A DNA stretch of 64,000 nt from Gemmatimonadota bacterium (GTDB lineage: Bacteria; Gemmatimonadota; Gemmatimonadetes; Gemmatimonadales; Gemmatimonadaceae): contig JANMLN010000151.1 of the NCBI GenBank assembly GCA_031372565.1, positions 1-64,000 on the forward strand. Direction: 5' to 3'. Made by a program: the position numbers and the translations under genes. Below the pieces are notes generated by a model that did no database searches, was not told the DNA's origin, and saw only the letters and a list, made by a program, of their open reading frames with translations. This document shows positions 37,445-46,734 of the stretch, piece by piece. Position 1 is the first letter of the stretch, and each line of letters opens with the position of its first letter.

Positions 37445-39498
37445 GCACGTCCGAGCTGCGCGTCGATGCGCTGCCAGCGCTCTACACCGACGCGACGACT
37501 GTCGCGCCAGGTAACATGGTGCAGGTGATGGCCAGCGGAGACGGTGACGCGCGCCTGAGTCTCGTGCGACTGCGGGGGCTCGTCGGCAGCACGATGCCGA
37601 CGGCGTACGTCGAGGAGAGCGTCGTTCCGGCCACGACGGTACGGCTCGAGGTGCGCGAGGTCCCCATGGGATCGTACGCGTTCACCGAGGCCGGTCCGCA
37701 TGTCGAGCACGGCACGTCGTGGAGCTGGACGCTCCGCATCTTGCCCACGCTCGTGGACCGCGGCGAGCTGCTGCACTGGGGTGATGATGGGCCCAGGCTC
37801 GCCGTGAGGGATGGTCGGCTCGAGGCCAGGTGGGGTGACGTGCCGATCTCCGTTCCGTTGGCAAAGGGGTACTGGCACGAGGTGACGCTGGGATGGGAGC
37901 CCGGGGACGGGCTTGGTCTCGCGGTGCGTCCGGTAGGCGACGGCGCGTGGCATCGAACGGCGTCCGCGCGGCACGGACCCGCACCGTCTCGCTCGATCAG
38001 CGGCGCACTGCACATCGGGCGCGGGTTCAACGGCAAGATCGAGGCGCCGACGTTGCGTGTGGATGGAGCGGTGGTGGCCGCGTGGGACTTCGCGAGCGAG
38101 ATGACGCGGCAGCACGCGCACGGAACAGGGCCTGCGGCGTCGCGGCTGTCGCTCGTGAACGCGCCACGCCGCGCCGTCACGTCGTCCGAATGGGACGGGA
38201 CCGCGCACGATTGGACGCAACGGCCCGCCCACTACGCGGCCATCCACTTCCATGACGATGACCTGGCCGACTGCGCGTGGCCGGTGAGCGCAGAGATCGC
38301 GATCCCGGCGCACCTGCCGAGTGGCATCTACGCCGTGCGGATCGATACGGCGCTCGGCACTGCCCATGCGCCGCTCTTTGTCCGCTCGGTGCGGCCGGCG
38401 AAGGTCGTCTTCGTCGCGTCGACATTCTCGTATCTGGCGTACACGAACAGCGTGTGGGCATCGCCAACCGGCGACGCGCAGGCGCTCGCATATCCGCGTG
38501 ATGCGGGGCTCGCGCGACGATACGGGCTCTCGATGTACTGTCGCCATCGCGATGGGGGTGGGATCGGTCTCGTGTCCATGCGACGCCCCATGCTGCATGC
38601 CACCCCGGGCTTCCTCGGCGAGTCGCACGGTGGCCAGGTCGCCCTGAACGATGACCTCCGGATCATCGCGTGGCTCGACCGGGTCGGCCTTGCCCATGAC
38701 GTCGTGACCGATCACGACTTGCATACGCGCGGACGTGCGGCGCTCGATGGCTACGATGTGATAGTCACGGGAGCGCACCCCGAGTACCAGAGCACCGAGT
38801 CGTTCGATGCGACCGAGGCGTTCGTTGCACGTGGCGGGCGGCTCATGTACATGGGCGGCAACGGCTTCTACTGGCGTGTGTCCACCCTGCCTGACGCACC
38901 GCATGTCATGGAACTGCGGCGCGCGGAGGGGGGAGTCCGCATCTGGTGCGAGCCGGTCGGGGAGTATCACCACCAGTCCGATGGTGGGCTTGGCGGGTTG
39001 TGGCGGCGGATCGGACGTGCGCCCAACCGGTTGCTCGGCGTGGGTTTCAGTGCGCAGGGGAGCGAAGCGGAAACGCGACCGTACGTGCTCACGACCGCGG
39101 CCCGTGATCCCCGCGTGGCGTTTGCGCTGGACGGGGTTGTGGGAGACGAAATCGGGCGGGCAGGGCCGCTTGGTGCGGCGGCCGGCTACGAGACCGATCG
39201 AGCGGACGTCGCGCTGGGCACGCCGCCGCACGCGCTCGTGATTGCACGGTCGACCCCATTCGGCCCGGAGACGCATCCGGTGAACGAGGAGCGACTGACG
39301 CACCAATGGGTCGAGGCCGACGATCCGTTGCGGGCCGACATGACGTTCTACGAGGGGCCGAACGGCGGTGCCGTGTTCGCGACGGGATCGCTGCTCTTCG
39401 CGCTCACACTGACGGAAGCCGACGGCGCGGCGCGGCTCTGCGTGAACGTGCTGCGCCGGTTCGCGGATCCGGCACCGTTCATCATGCCGACGAGCTGA
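37441..39498 (+). CDS. N,N-dimethylformamidase beta-subunit family protein
   Basis: FNGKIEAP, HYAAIHFHDDDL, SYLAY, HPEY, MYMGGNGFYW, GGLWR, RADMTFY. Confidence 0.88.
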   Translation: MSTSELRVDALPALYTDATTVAPGNMVQVMASGDGDARLSLVRLRGLVGSTMPTAYVEESVVPATTVRLEVREVPMGSYAFTEAGPHVEHGTSWSWTLRILPTLVDRGELLHWGDDGPRLAVRDGRLEARWGDVPISVPLAKGYWHEVTLGWEPGDGLGLAVRPVGDGAWHRTASARHGPAPSRSISGALHIGRGFNGKIEAPTLRVDGAVVAAWDFASEMTRQHAHGTGPAASRLSLVNAPRRAVTSSEWDGTAHDWTQRPAHYAAIHFHDDDLADCAWPVSAEIAIPAHLPSGIYAVRIDTALGTAHAPLFVRSVRPAKVVFVASTFSYLAYTNSVWASPTGDAQALAYPRDAGLARRYGLSMYCRHRDGGGIGLVSMRRPMLHATPGFLGESHGGQVALNDDLRIIAWLDRVGLAHDVVTDHDLHTRGRAALDGYDVIVTGAHPEYQSTESFDATEAFVARGGRLMYMGGNGFYWRVSTLPDAPHVMELRRAEGGVRIWCEPVGEYHHQSDGGLGGLWRRIGRAPNRLLGVGFSAQGSEAETRPYVLTTAARDPRVAFALDGVVGDEIGRAGPLGAAAGYETDRADVALGTPPHALVIARSTPFGPETHPVNEERLTHQWVEADDPLRADMTFYEGPNGGAVFATGSLLFALTLTEADGAARLCVNVLRRFADPAPFIMPTS

Positions 39499-39758
39499 GG
39501 CTCACCGGCGTCGCCGAGCGCCGGCCTGCTCCCGCCACGAGTGCCGACGCCGCACCCGCAAGGTGGGCGTACTCCCAACGGGCGATGGCACAAGTCCTCG
39601 GGCGGCCGTACGCTCCGACATGCCGATGACTGCCCGCACCTGCCCTCGCTCGCGGAGCCCGGCATCAGCAACGGCATGACTGATCTGACGGCACTGCGCG
39701 CCGGGCAGCAGGCCAAGCGCGTGCTCGGTTCACCCATCCCCCATATCGGACACCTCCC

Positions 39759-40439
39759 ATGAGCACGAATCTCACTCTGATGCGTCGCCCGCTCTTCGCG
39801 ACCGCTCTCCTTGGCACGGCCCTCGTCTCACTGGGCGGCTGCGCGGCGATGAGCAACAACCCGAACAAGACGAAAGGCGGCGCGATTGGCGCCGCAACCG
39901 GCGCGGGAGTCGGCGCGATCATCGGCAACAACACGGGCTCGACCGCGCGTGGCGCGATCATCGGCGCCGTGGTCGGTGGCGCCGCCGGTGTGATCATCGG
40001 CAACCAGATGGATCAGCAGGCGAAGGAACTCCGTCTCAACATTCCGGGAGCGACCGTCGAGCGTGTGGGCGAAGGGATCAACGTCACCTTCGCGTCGGGC
40101 CTGCTGTTCGACACGGATCGGGACGTGATCAATCCGGGGGCGCAGGCCAACCTGCGCAATCTCGTGGCGAGCATCACCAAGTGGCCGAACACGGCACTCA
40201 TGATCGTCGGGCATACCGATGCCCAGGGGACGACCGAGCACAATCAGATGCTCTCGCAGCGTCGTGCGGATGCAGCGGCGCTGTTCCTGCAGCAGGAGAA
40301 CGTGAACGGCAACCGCCTGCGGACGGCGGGGCGCGGCGAGATGGAACCAGTGGCGAGCAATGACACCGAGTCTGGTCGGTCGCGCAACCGCCGTATCGAG
40401 GTGGCGATCTATTCGAACGCGGCGGCGATGGACAAGTAG
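39759..40439 (+). CDS. OmpA family lipoprotein with glycine zipper (YiaD-like)
   Basis: LGGC lipobox, Gly-zipper, GHTD, LSQRRA, NRRIE. Confidence 0.93.
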   Translation: MSTNLTLMRRPLFATALLGTALVSLGGCAAMSNNPNKTKGGAIGAATGAGVGAIIGNNTGSTARGAIIGAVVGGAAGVIIGNQMDQQAKELRLNIPGATVERVGEGINVTFASGLLFDTDRDVINPGAQANLRNLVASITKWPNTALMIVGHTDAQGTTEHNQMLSQRRADAAALFLQQENVNGNRLRTAGRGEMEPVASNDTESGRSRNRRIEVAIYSNAAAMDK

Positions 40440-40474
40440 GCGCTACCGCCGGATGCACGAGTGCGTCGTGTGGC

Positions 40475-41539
40475 TCAAGGCCGCACGGCGCGCTCGCGCC
40501 GGGCGTCTGCGCTCCGCAGGAACTCTCGTACGTCGCGTACGTTGGCGTCGCGTGCATCCCACGTCGTGATGTGCGCGGCGCCCGTGTACAGGACGAAGCG
40601 CGCACCGGGGATCATGCGTGCATGCGCCTCGACCGTCTTCGGGCCGACCTCATCGAACTCGCCTGCGGTGACCAGCACGGGCACGGTGATCGTGGGAAGC
40701 GCCGCGGTCTGGTCGTACGCCTTGAGCGTACCCGTGACCACAAACTCGTAGGCTCCCTGCATGTGGGCGTACTGTTCTGCGCCGAATGTGGCCATGGTGC
40801 TGTCGAGATCCGCTGGAGCGGGTGTCCGCCACACGAATTTCGCATAGAACTCGTCGGAGGCGGCCTTGAACGCGGGCGCGTCGGGGCTGCCACCTGCCTT
40901 CCATGCCGCAATCGCCTTCTGCGAGGCGTCCGAGAGCTGCATCGTCAATGCGGCGGTCTCTCGCGCATAGGCCTTCCAGTCGAACACCGATCCCGCAAAC
41001 ACGATACCTGCCACCCGATCCGGGTGCGCCTTCCAGTACTCGAGCGCGACGACCGTGCCCCATGACTGGCTGTTGAGATACCACTTGGCGATGCCAAGCG
41101 CGCGCCTGAGCGAATCCAGTTCTTCCACGAAGCGCGGAATGACCATCAGCGTCGTGTCGGTGAGGCGGTCAGACTTGCCGGCGCCCAGTTGGTCGTACCG
41201 GATCACGGGTCGGTCGTCGCCAAGCGCTTCGAATGGCTTGAGGTAGAAGCTCCCGGCGCCCGGCCCGCCGTGGATGAGCACCATCGGCGTTCCGGTGCCG
41301 CTCCCCGACGTCCGGTACCAGATGCGACCACCGCGCACGGGCAGCATGGCCTCACCAGGGCCCAGCTGCGTGGGCATGGTGATGGTGGTGGCCGCCTGTG
41401 GCTGGGCGGCCGGCTTCGTCTCGCCGCCGCACGCGACGACGGCGAGCATGAGCACACCGAGAGCACGCTGGCTGACCGGGCGGATGATGCGATGGGTGAC
41501 GGGACAACACGAGACTGCGGCGCGACGGTCTCCGCCCAT
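40475..41539 (-). CDS. Proline iminopeptidase family hydrolase (probable lipoprotein)
   Basis: HGGPG, YDQLGAGKS, SQSWG, GEFDE; VVAC lipobox. Start uncertain (GAGGAGG before ATG 41539). Confidence 0.88.
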   Translation of the reverse strand: MGGDRRAAVSCCPVTHRIIRPVSQRALGVLMLAVVACGGETKPAAQPQAATTITMPTQLGPGEAMLPVRGGRIWYRTSGSGTGTPMVLIHGGPGAGSFYLKPFEALGDDRPVIRYDQLGAGKSDRLTDTTLMVIPRFVEELDSLRRALGIAKWYLNSQSWGTVVALEYWKAHPDRVAGIVFAGSVFDWKAYARETAALTMQLSDASQKAIAAWKAGGSPDAPAFKAASDEFYAKFVWRTPAPADLDSTMATFGAEQYAHMQGAYEFVVTGTLKAYDQTAALPTITVPVLVTAGEFDEVGPKTVEAHARMIPGARFVLYTGAAHITTWDARDANVRDVREFLRSADARRERAVRP

Positions 41540-41553
41540 GAGCCGGATCCTCC

Positions 41554-42063
41554 TCAGCGCGACTGACGCGCGCGCGTGAGGTGCGGCACGATGCCGATCA
41601 TGCGCTGGAGCTGCATGAGCTGTGCGCGGTGGTGCATCTCGTGCTCCTTCACGCCGAGCAGCATCTCGAAACGCGACTTGGACGACGGGCCCGGCAGGGT
41701 GACCATCTCGTCGAGTTGCGCGGCGGTCATCGCCGCGAGCTTGGTCGCGTACGACTCGCCCCGTTCCTTGAGCGCGGCGACGATCGCGTCCTTGGTCGTG
41801 AGCGTGGCCGACGCCGCGCCGATCTGGCCGAACCAGGCGCCGAACTTCTCGCCGCTGATGTCGTGCAGCTTCTCGACGAAGTGGGCCTGCTCCACCCAGT
41901 GCGTCGCGCACGCCATGTGGGCGATCATCTGCCCAACCGTCATGGTCTCGCTGGCGACCTGCATGCCGTACTTGTCGGCCGGAATCTCTTCGGCGATCTG
42001 GATGGTGTTCGTGCGGACCGTGCGCCAGCTGGAGGCGAGGTGGGACGCGCTGTAGTTCTGCAT
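41554..42063 (-). CDS. DinB family protein
   Basis: QMIAHMA and HEMHHRAQL His triad; GIVP. Confidence 0.9.
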   Translation of the reverse strand: MQNYSASHLASSWRTVRTNTIQIAEEIPADKYGMQVASETMTVGQMIAHMACATHWVEQAHFVEKLHDISGEKFGAWFGQIGAASATLTTKDAIVAALKERGESYATKLAAMTAAQLDEMVTLPGPSSKSRFEMLLGVKEHEMHHRAQLMQLQRMIGIVPHLTRARQSR

Positions 42064-42252
42064 CGGAGTGGCGAGCGAGGCGTGAGGCGTGCAGCGAGCG
42101 ATGACCCACAAACTTCGCACAACCCCCCGGGCGGCGCGATGGGCAGAGCGGCTCGCTGCCACGCCCGTCGCACCTCGAAAGGGGGCCGGCCGGACGCCTT
42201 GATCACGGCCCGCCCCGGTTGTCGCGCGCGCAGGACGCGCATAGCATCCACG

Positions 42253-43578
42253 ATGCCTACTCGCCGCGAGTTTGTCCGTGACGCCGCCCTGCTCTCCGGG
42301 GCCACCCTCGTTGCCGCGCAGGATGCCGGCGCTCAGTCGCTGCGGCCGCCCGCCGCACTGGACCTGCCTCCGCTCGATGCGCCGCCGCTGGGCGCCGCCG
42401 CGTTGGCCGACGACGAGCCGTTCTGGGCGCGGGTCGCCGAGCGGTATCGCGTGACCGATCGGTACACCAACCTCGAGGCCGGTTACTTCGGCATGATGGC
42501 GCAGCCGGTGCTCGAGGCCTACCATCGCCACATTGATCGCGTCAATCGCGAGAGCTCGATCTTCGCCCGGCGCGACTTCCCCGTCATCGCCCAGGGCGCT
42601 CGCATACGCGTGGCCGCGTTCATCGGCGCCAAGCCCACCGAGGTGGCGCTCACGCGCGGGGCGACCGAGGCGCTGCAGGCGCTGATCGGGCAATACAACC
42701 GGCTGAAGCCGGGCGACGCCGTGATGTACGCGGACCTGGACTACAACGCGATGCAGTGGGCCATGAACGCGCTGGCCGCGCGCACGGGCGCGACGGTTGC
42801 GAAGTTGGTGATCCCGGAGCCGGCCACGCGCGAGAGCGTCATCGCCGCCTATGCGCAGGCGATCGATGCGAACCCCCGCACGCGGTTGCTGCTGCTCACG
42901 AGCTGCAACAACAAGACGGGGCTCATGCTCCCGATGCGCGAGATCACCGCGATGGCCAGGGCGCGTGGCATCGACATCGTCGTGGATGCCGCACATTCGT
43001 TCGGACAGGTGCCGCTCACGGTCACGGAGCTGGGCGCCGATTTCGTCGGCGTCAATCTCCACAAGTGGATCGGCGCGCCCGTGGGCGCCGGCGCGATGTA
43101 CATCCGCGAGGACAAGCTGGAGGCGATCGACCGCGCGCATGCCGATGAGAGTGCGCCGCTCACGAGCATCGATAGCCGGATCCACACCGGCACGTCGCCG
43201 TTCTCCACGACGATGACGATCCCCGATGCACTCGACTTCCAGGAAACGATCGGCGTCGAGCGGAAGTCGGCGCGGCTCCGCTACCTGCGGGATCAGTGGG
43301 TGGCAGCGGCGCGCCGCATTCCGGCGGTCACCATCCTGACCCCCGATGAACCGGGGATGGTTGGCGCGCTCACCTCGTTCCGGTTGCACGGGCGCACCGA
43401 CACGGCGTCGAACATCGCGCTCTCGAAGACGCTGGCCGACGAGTTCGGTGTGTTCACCTTCCAGCGAACGGGGCTCGCCAAGGGCGACTGCGTGCGCGTC
43501 ACCGTGGCGCTCTACAACACGCCGAAGGACGGCGAGAAGCTGGTGGCCGCGCTCGCCACGCTGGCGAAGCGCGGCTAG
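42253..43578 (+). CDS. Class V PLP-dependent enzyme, Tat-exported
   Basis: TRREFV Tat motif; GATEA, DAAHSFG, NLHKWIGAP. Confidence 0.9.
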   Translation: MPTRREFVRDAALLSGATLVAAQDAGAQSLRPPAALDLPPLDAPPLGAAALADDEPFWARVAERYRVTDRYTNLEAGYFGMMAQPVLEAYHRHIDRVNRESSIFARRDFPVIAQGARIRVAAFIGAKPTEVALTRGATEALQALIGQYNRLKPGDAVMYADLDYNAMQWAMNALAARTGATVAKLVIPEPATRESVIAAYAQAIDANPRTRLLLLTSCNNKTGLMLPMREITAMARARGIDIVVDAAHSFGQVPLTVTELGADFVGVNLHKWIGAPVGAGAMYIREDKLEAIDRAHADESAPLTSIDSRIHTGTSPFSTTMTIPDALDFQETIGVERKSARLRYLRDQWVAAARRIPAVTILTPDEPGMVGALTSFRLHGRTDTASNIALSKTLADEFGVFTFQRTGLAKGDCVRVTVALYNTPKDGEKLVAALATLAKRG

Positions 43579-43587
43579 CGCGCGCGG

Positions 43588-43896
43588 TCACGCACCAGGC
43601 TGCGGGCCCGCGTATCCCTCGATGATCAGGAAATCGGCGGTGGACACCGGCACGCGGTGCGCCATGGCCGCCTGATAGCCCGGCGAGTTATAGCAGTCGA
43701 GCGCCGCCTGGTACGACGGAAATTCGACGACCACATTGCGCGAGCGCATCGTCCCTTCCGGGTTGTGCGACGTGCCACCGCGCACCAGATAGCGACCACC
43801 GAATGCGGCCACCGGCGGACCGTTGGTGGCGATGTACGCCTGGTACCGATCCATGTCGGCGACATCGATGCGAGCGATCCAGTATCCCTTGGACAT
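43588..43896 (-). CDS. DUF1330 family protein
   Basis: FGGRYLVRGG, VVVEFPSY..A..CYNSPGYQ. Confidence 0.92.
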   Translation of the reverse strand: MSKGYWIARIDVADMDRYQAYIATNGPPVAAFGGRYLVRGGTSHNPEGTMRSRNVVVEFPSYQAALDCYNSPGYQAAMAHRVPVSTADFLIIEGYAGPQPGA

Positions 43897-44049
43897 GATG
43901 AGAGGCTGCGTAAGGGGAGCGCGGGTCGCTCGATCCACGACAGCGGCCCGCGTGCCCGGAATCTTGGTCGCGGTCGCACGCGCTCGGCAAGCGGTGCATG
44001 TGCGCGCATGCGTCTTGGCGCGCGCGTGATCCGAGTGCACCTTGGCTGC

Positions 44050-45138
44050 ATGAGCGAACGGGTCGGACGTCATGGCAGGGCTGCGGTGGTCCAGGCGCCC
44101 TACGGCACGATGCCCAACGGAACCTCCGTGATGGGCTTCACGCTCACCAACGCGCGTGGGCTGCGGGTGCACGCCATCGAGTACGGCGCCATCGTCACCG
44201 CGCTGCACACGCCGGACCGCGCCGGCGATCTGGCCGACATCGTGCTCGGCTACCGTTCGCTCTCCGGCTACCTGAACGACGAGGCGTACATCGGCGCCAT
44301 CGTCGGCCGAGTCGCCAACCGGATTGCCGGCGCCCGGTTCACGCTCGACGGCACAACGCATTCCCTGGCGGCGAACGCGCGGCCGCATGCTCGCCACGGC
44401 GGCGTGACGGGTTTCTCGCGGTGCGTGTGGCAAGGTGCGGTGGCGGCGACCGATGCGGGCGCGTCGGTCACCTTCCGGCACGAGAGCCCGGACGGAGATG
44501 AAGGCTATCCGGGCATGTTGCGTGTGGCCGTCACGTACACGCTCACCGACGATGATGCGCTGGTCATCGACTACGAAGCGACGACGACGCAGGCGACGCC
44601 GGTCAACCTCACCCATCACGCCTACTTCAATCTGGCCGGCCACGGTGCGGGTGATGTCGGCCGACACATCATGCAGATCGACGCGGACCGGTACACGCCG
44701 GTCGATCGGTTGCTCATTCCGACCGGCGTTGTCGCGCCGGTGGCGGGTTCACCGTTCGACTTCCGGATCGCTGCTCCGCTTGGCGCTCGCATCGACGAGG
44801 CGCACGACCAACTCGTGATCGGGCACGGCTACGACCACAACTGGGTGCTCGCCAACGCGGCTGGCGCCCTGCGCTCCGTCGCACGCGTCATCGAGCCGCT
44901 TCGTGGTCGCACCATGGACGTTGCCACCACCGAGCCGGGAGTGCAGCTCTACACCGGGAACTATCTCGATGTGCGTACGGGCGCCAAGGACGGCGCGGTG
45001 TATGCCCCCCGCAGCGGCTTCGCGCTGGAAACGCAGCACTGGCCAGACGCGCCCAACCAGCCCGGGTTCCCGGACGTGACCTTGCGGCCTGGCATGACAG
45101 GCCGGTCCCGCACCGTGTACAGCTTCGGCACCGCATAG
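44050..45138 (+). CDS. galM: Aldose 1-epimerase (galactose mutarotase)
   Basis: GRVANRI, HGG, EGYPG, NLTHHAYFNL, GYDHNW, QLYTGN, ALETQ. Confidence 0.92.
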   Translation: MSERVGRHGRAAVVQAPYGTMPNGTSVMGFTLTNARGLRVHAIEYGAIVTALHTPDRAGDLADIVLGYRSLSGYLNDEAYIGAIVGRVANRIAGARFTLDGTTHSLAANARPHARHGGVTGFSRCVWQGAVAATDAGASVTFRHESPDGDEGYPGMLRVAVTYTLTDDDALVIDYEATTTQATPVNLTHHAYFNLAGHGAGDVGRHIMQIDADRYTPVDRLLIPTGVVAPVAGSPFDFRIAAPLGARIDEAHDQLVIGHGYDHNWVLANAAGALRSVARVIEPLRGRTMDVATTEPGVQLYTGNYLDVRTGAKDGAVYAPRSGFALETQHWPDAPNQPGFPDVTLRPGMTGRSRTVYSFGTA

Positions 45139-45211
45139 GAGTACGACCGGCCACGTGTACGTGACGACGCGCGCCGGAAGCCGGGCGCGCCTGCATCCGG
45201 TCGCGTTGACG

Positions 45212-46597
45212 CTACGGACCGCTGCGCGTGAGCAGCGCGGACCCGTACGTGTTATCGAGTCGGAGCGTCGCCGTTCCCGTGGGTGCGACGCGGATCGTGA
45301 GGCGTGTGTCGTCCGCTTCCCACGTGTCATTGCCGATATAGCGCAATGGCATGTCGCTCGGACGCCGCGGGAGCCTCGCCGAGAGCCCAGTCGCACTCGC
45401 GCTCACCGTGACGGTCAGCATGCTGCTGCGCATGTTGCCGGCGTACTTGCCAGCAAGGGTGGCGAAGGAAGCGGGAAGGGGGCGTGCGTCGCGCGTCGGC
45501 TTGCCGAGGACCGCCTCCACCAGCGACTCCGTGACCGCATTGGCTGACACGGGGCCTGCGGTGTTGAGCAGGACGATGATGACGAGATCCTGTTCGGGAA
45601 AGTACGCCGATTCCGAGAGGAAGCCATTGATCGCGCCGCCATGCTCGATGGTGCGATGTCCGCCAATGGTGTGCACCGCGATCCCCTTGGCGTAGCGGAG
45701 TGGCGACCCGTCGTTGAGCGTGCCGGGGGTGATCATCTCCTGGTACATGGCCGGCGAGAGCACGCGTCCACCGTGCAGGGCGCGGTTCCACGCCACCAGA
45801 TCGCCGGCGGTCGAGCACAGCGAACCCGCCGCGTACGGGTACGTGTGCACGACGAATCCCTTGTTGACCAGGCCGACCGGGCTGAAGTCGTATCCGTGCA
45901 CCTTGCGCTTGATGATCGCGGTTTCGGAGCAGTACCGGCTATCGGCCATCCCCGCCTTGTCGAACAGGCGCTCCTTCACGTAGGCGGCGTAGCTCTTGCC
46001 CGACGCCTTCTCTATGACCAGACCGAGCAGGAAGAAAGCCGAGTTGTTGTAGTCCTCGGCGTCACCGGGTGCGAAGATGAACTTCTCGTTCTTGAAGAGG
46101 GCGACGAGGGAGTCCTTCGGCAGCGAGCGGGTCATGATGTTGCCAAACGCCGCGATCTCGGTGTAGCCCTTGATCCCCGAGGTGTGGTCCAGCAACCGGC
46201 GCAGCGTGACGGTGTAGCCCTGGGTCGGGTAGTCGGGCAGGAACTTCCTGAGATCGTCGTCGAGCGAGAGCTTGCCGTCTTCCTGAAGAGCGAGAATCGC
46301 GGCTGCGGTGAACTGTTTGGTGACCGAACCGATCTCGTAGACGGCGCGCGCCGGCGTCGGCACGTCGAGCTCGAGGTCGGCCATGCCGTAGCCCTTGAGC
46401 GCAATCGTGTCACGTCCCTTGATGACCGCGAGCGACATGCCGGCTGCCCGGCCGTCCTTGAGGTACGACTGTGCGATCGAGTCGATGACGGCGGGGAGCG
46501 CGGCGCGGTCGCGTCCCTGCGCGTGCGCGCTCAGGGCCGTGACAAGCGCGAGCGGAAACACGGCAAGCGTACGCGCGATCGAACGAGTCATCGTCAT
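45212..46597 (-). CDS. Secreted serine hydrolase, beta-lactamase family
   Basis: IGSVTK, LLDHTSG, YNN and HGG motifs; signal peptide. Confidence 0.9.
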   Translation of the reverse strand: MTMTRSIARTLAVFPLALVTALSAHAQGRDRAALPAVIDSIAQSYLKDGRAAGMSLAVIKGRDTIALKGYGMADLELDVPTPARAVYEIGSVTKQFTAAAILALQEDGKLSLDDDLRKFLPDYPTQGYTVTLRRLLDHTSGIKGYTEIAAFGNIMTRSLPKDSLVALFKNEKFIFAPGDAEDYNNSAFFLLGLVIEKASGKSYAAYVKERLFDKAGMADSRYCSETAIIKRKVHGYDFSPVGLVNKGFVVHTYPYAAGSLCSTAGDLVAWNRALHGGRVLSPAMYQEMITPGTLNDGSPLRYAKGIAVHTIGGHRTIEHGGAINGFLSESAYFPEQDLVIIVLLNTAGPVSANAVTESLVEAVLGKPTRDARPLPASFATLAGKYAGNMRSSMLTVTVSASATGLSARLPRRPSDMPLRYIGNDTWEADDTRLTIRVAPTGTATLRLDNTYGSALLTRSGP

Positions 46598-46734
46598 CCC
46601 GGGAGGTTCGGTGTGTGCACAGTGTCGCCCTGCACGATCACGTGCGTGCGGCAGCCCGTCTGGAACGCCGACGTCCCAATCGTACATCCGACAGCCCGGT
46701 CGACGCCATGGCCCGGGCGCATCCCTCGCGTCCG

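Noticed and set aside
39587..39602. Sigma54 promoter upstream of the OmpA gene (TGGCACAAGTCCTCG)
   Set aside because: The -24 element is good but the -12 GC is absent.
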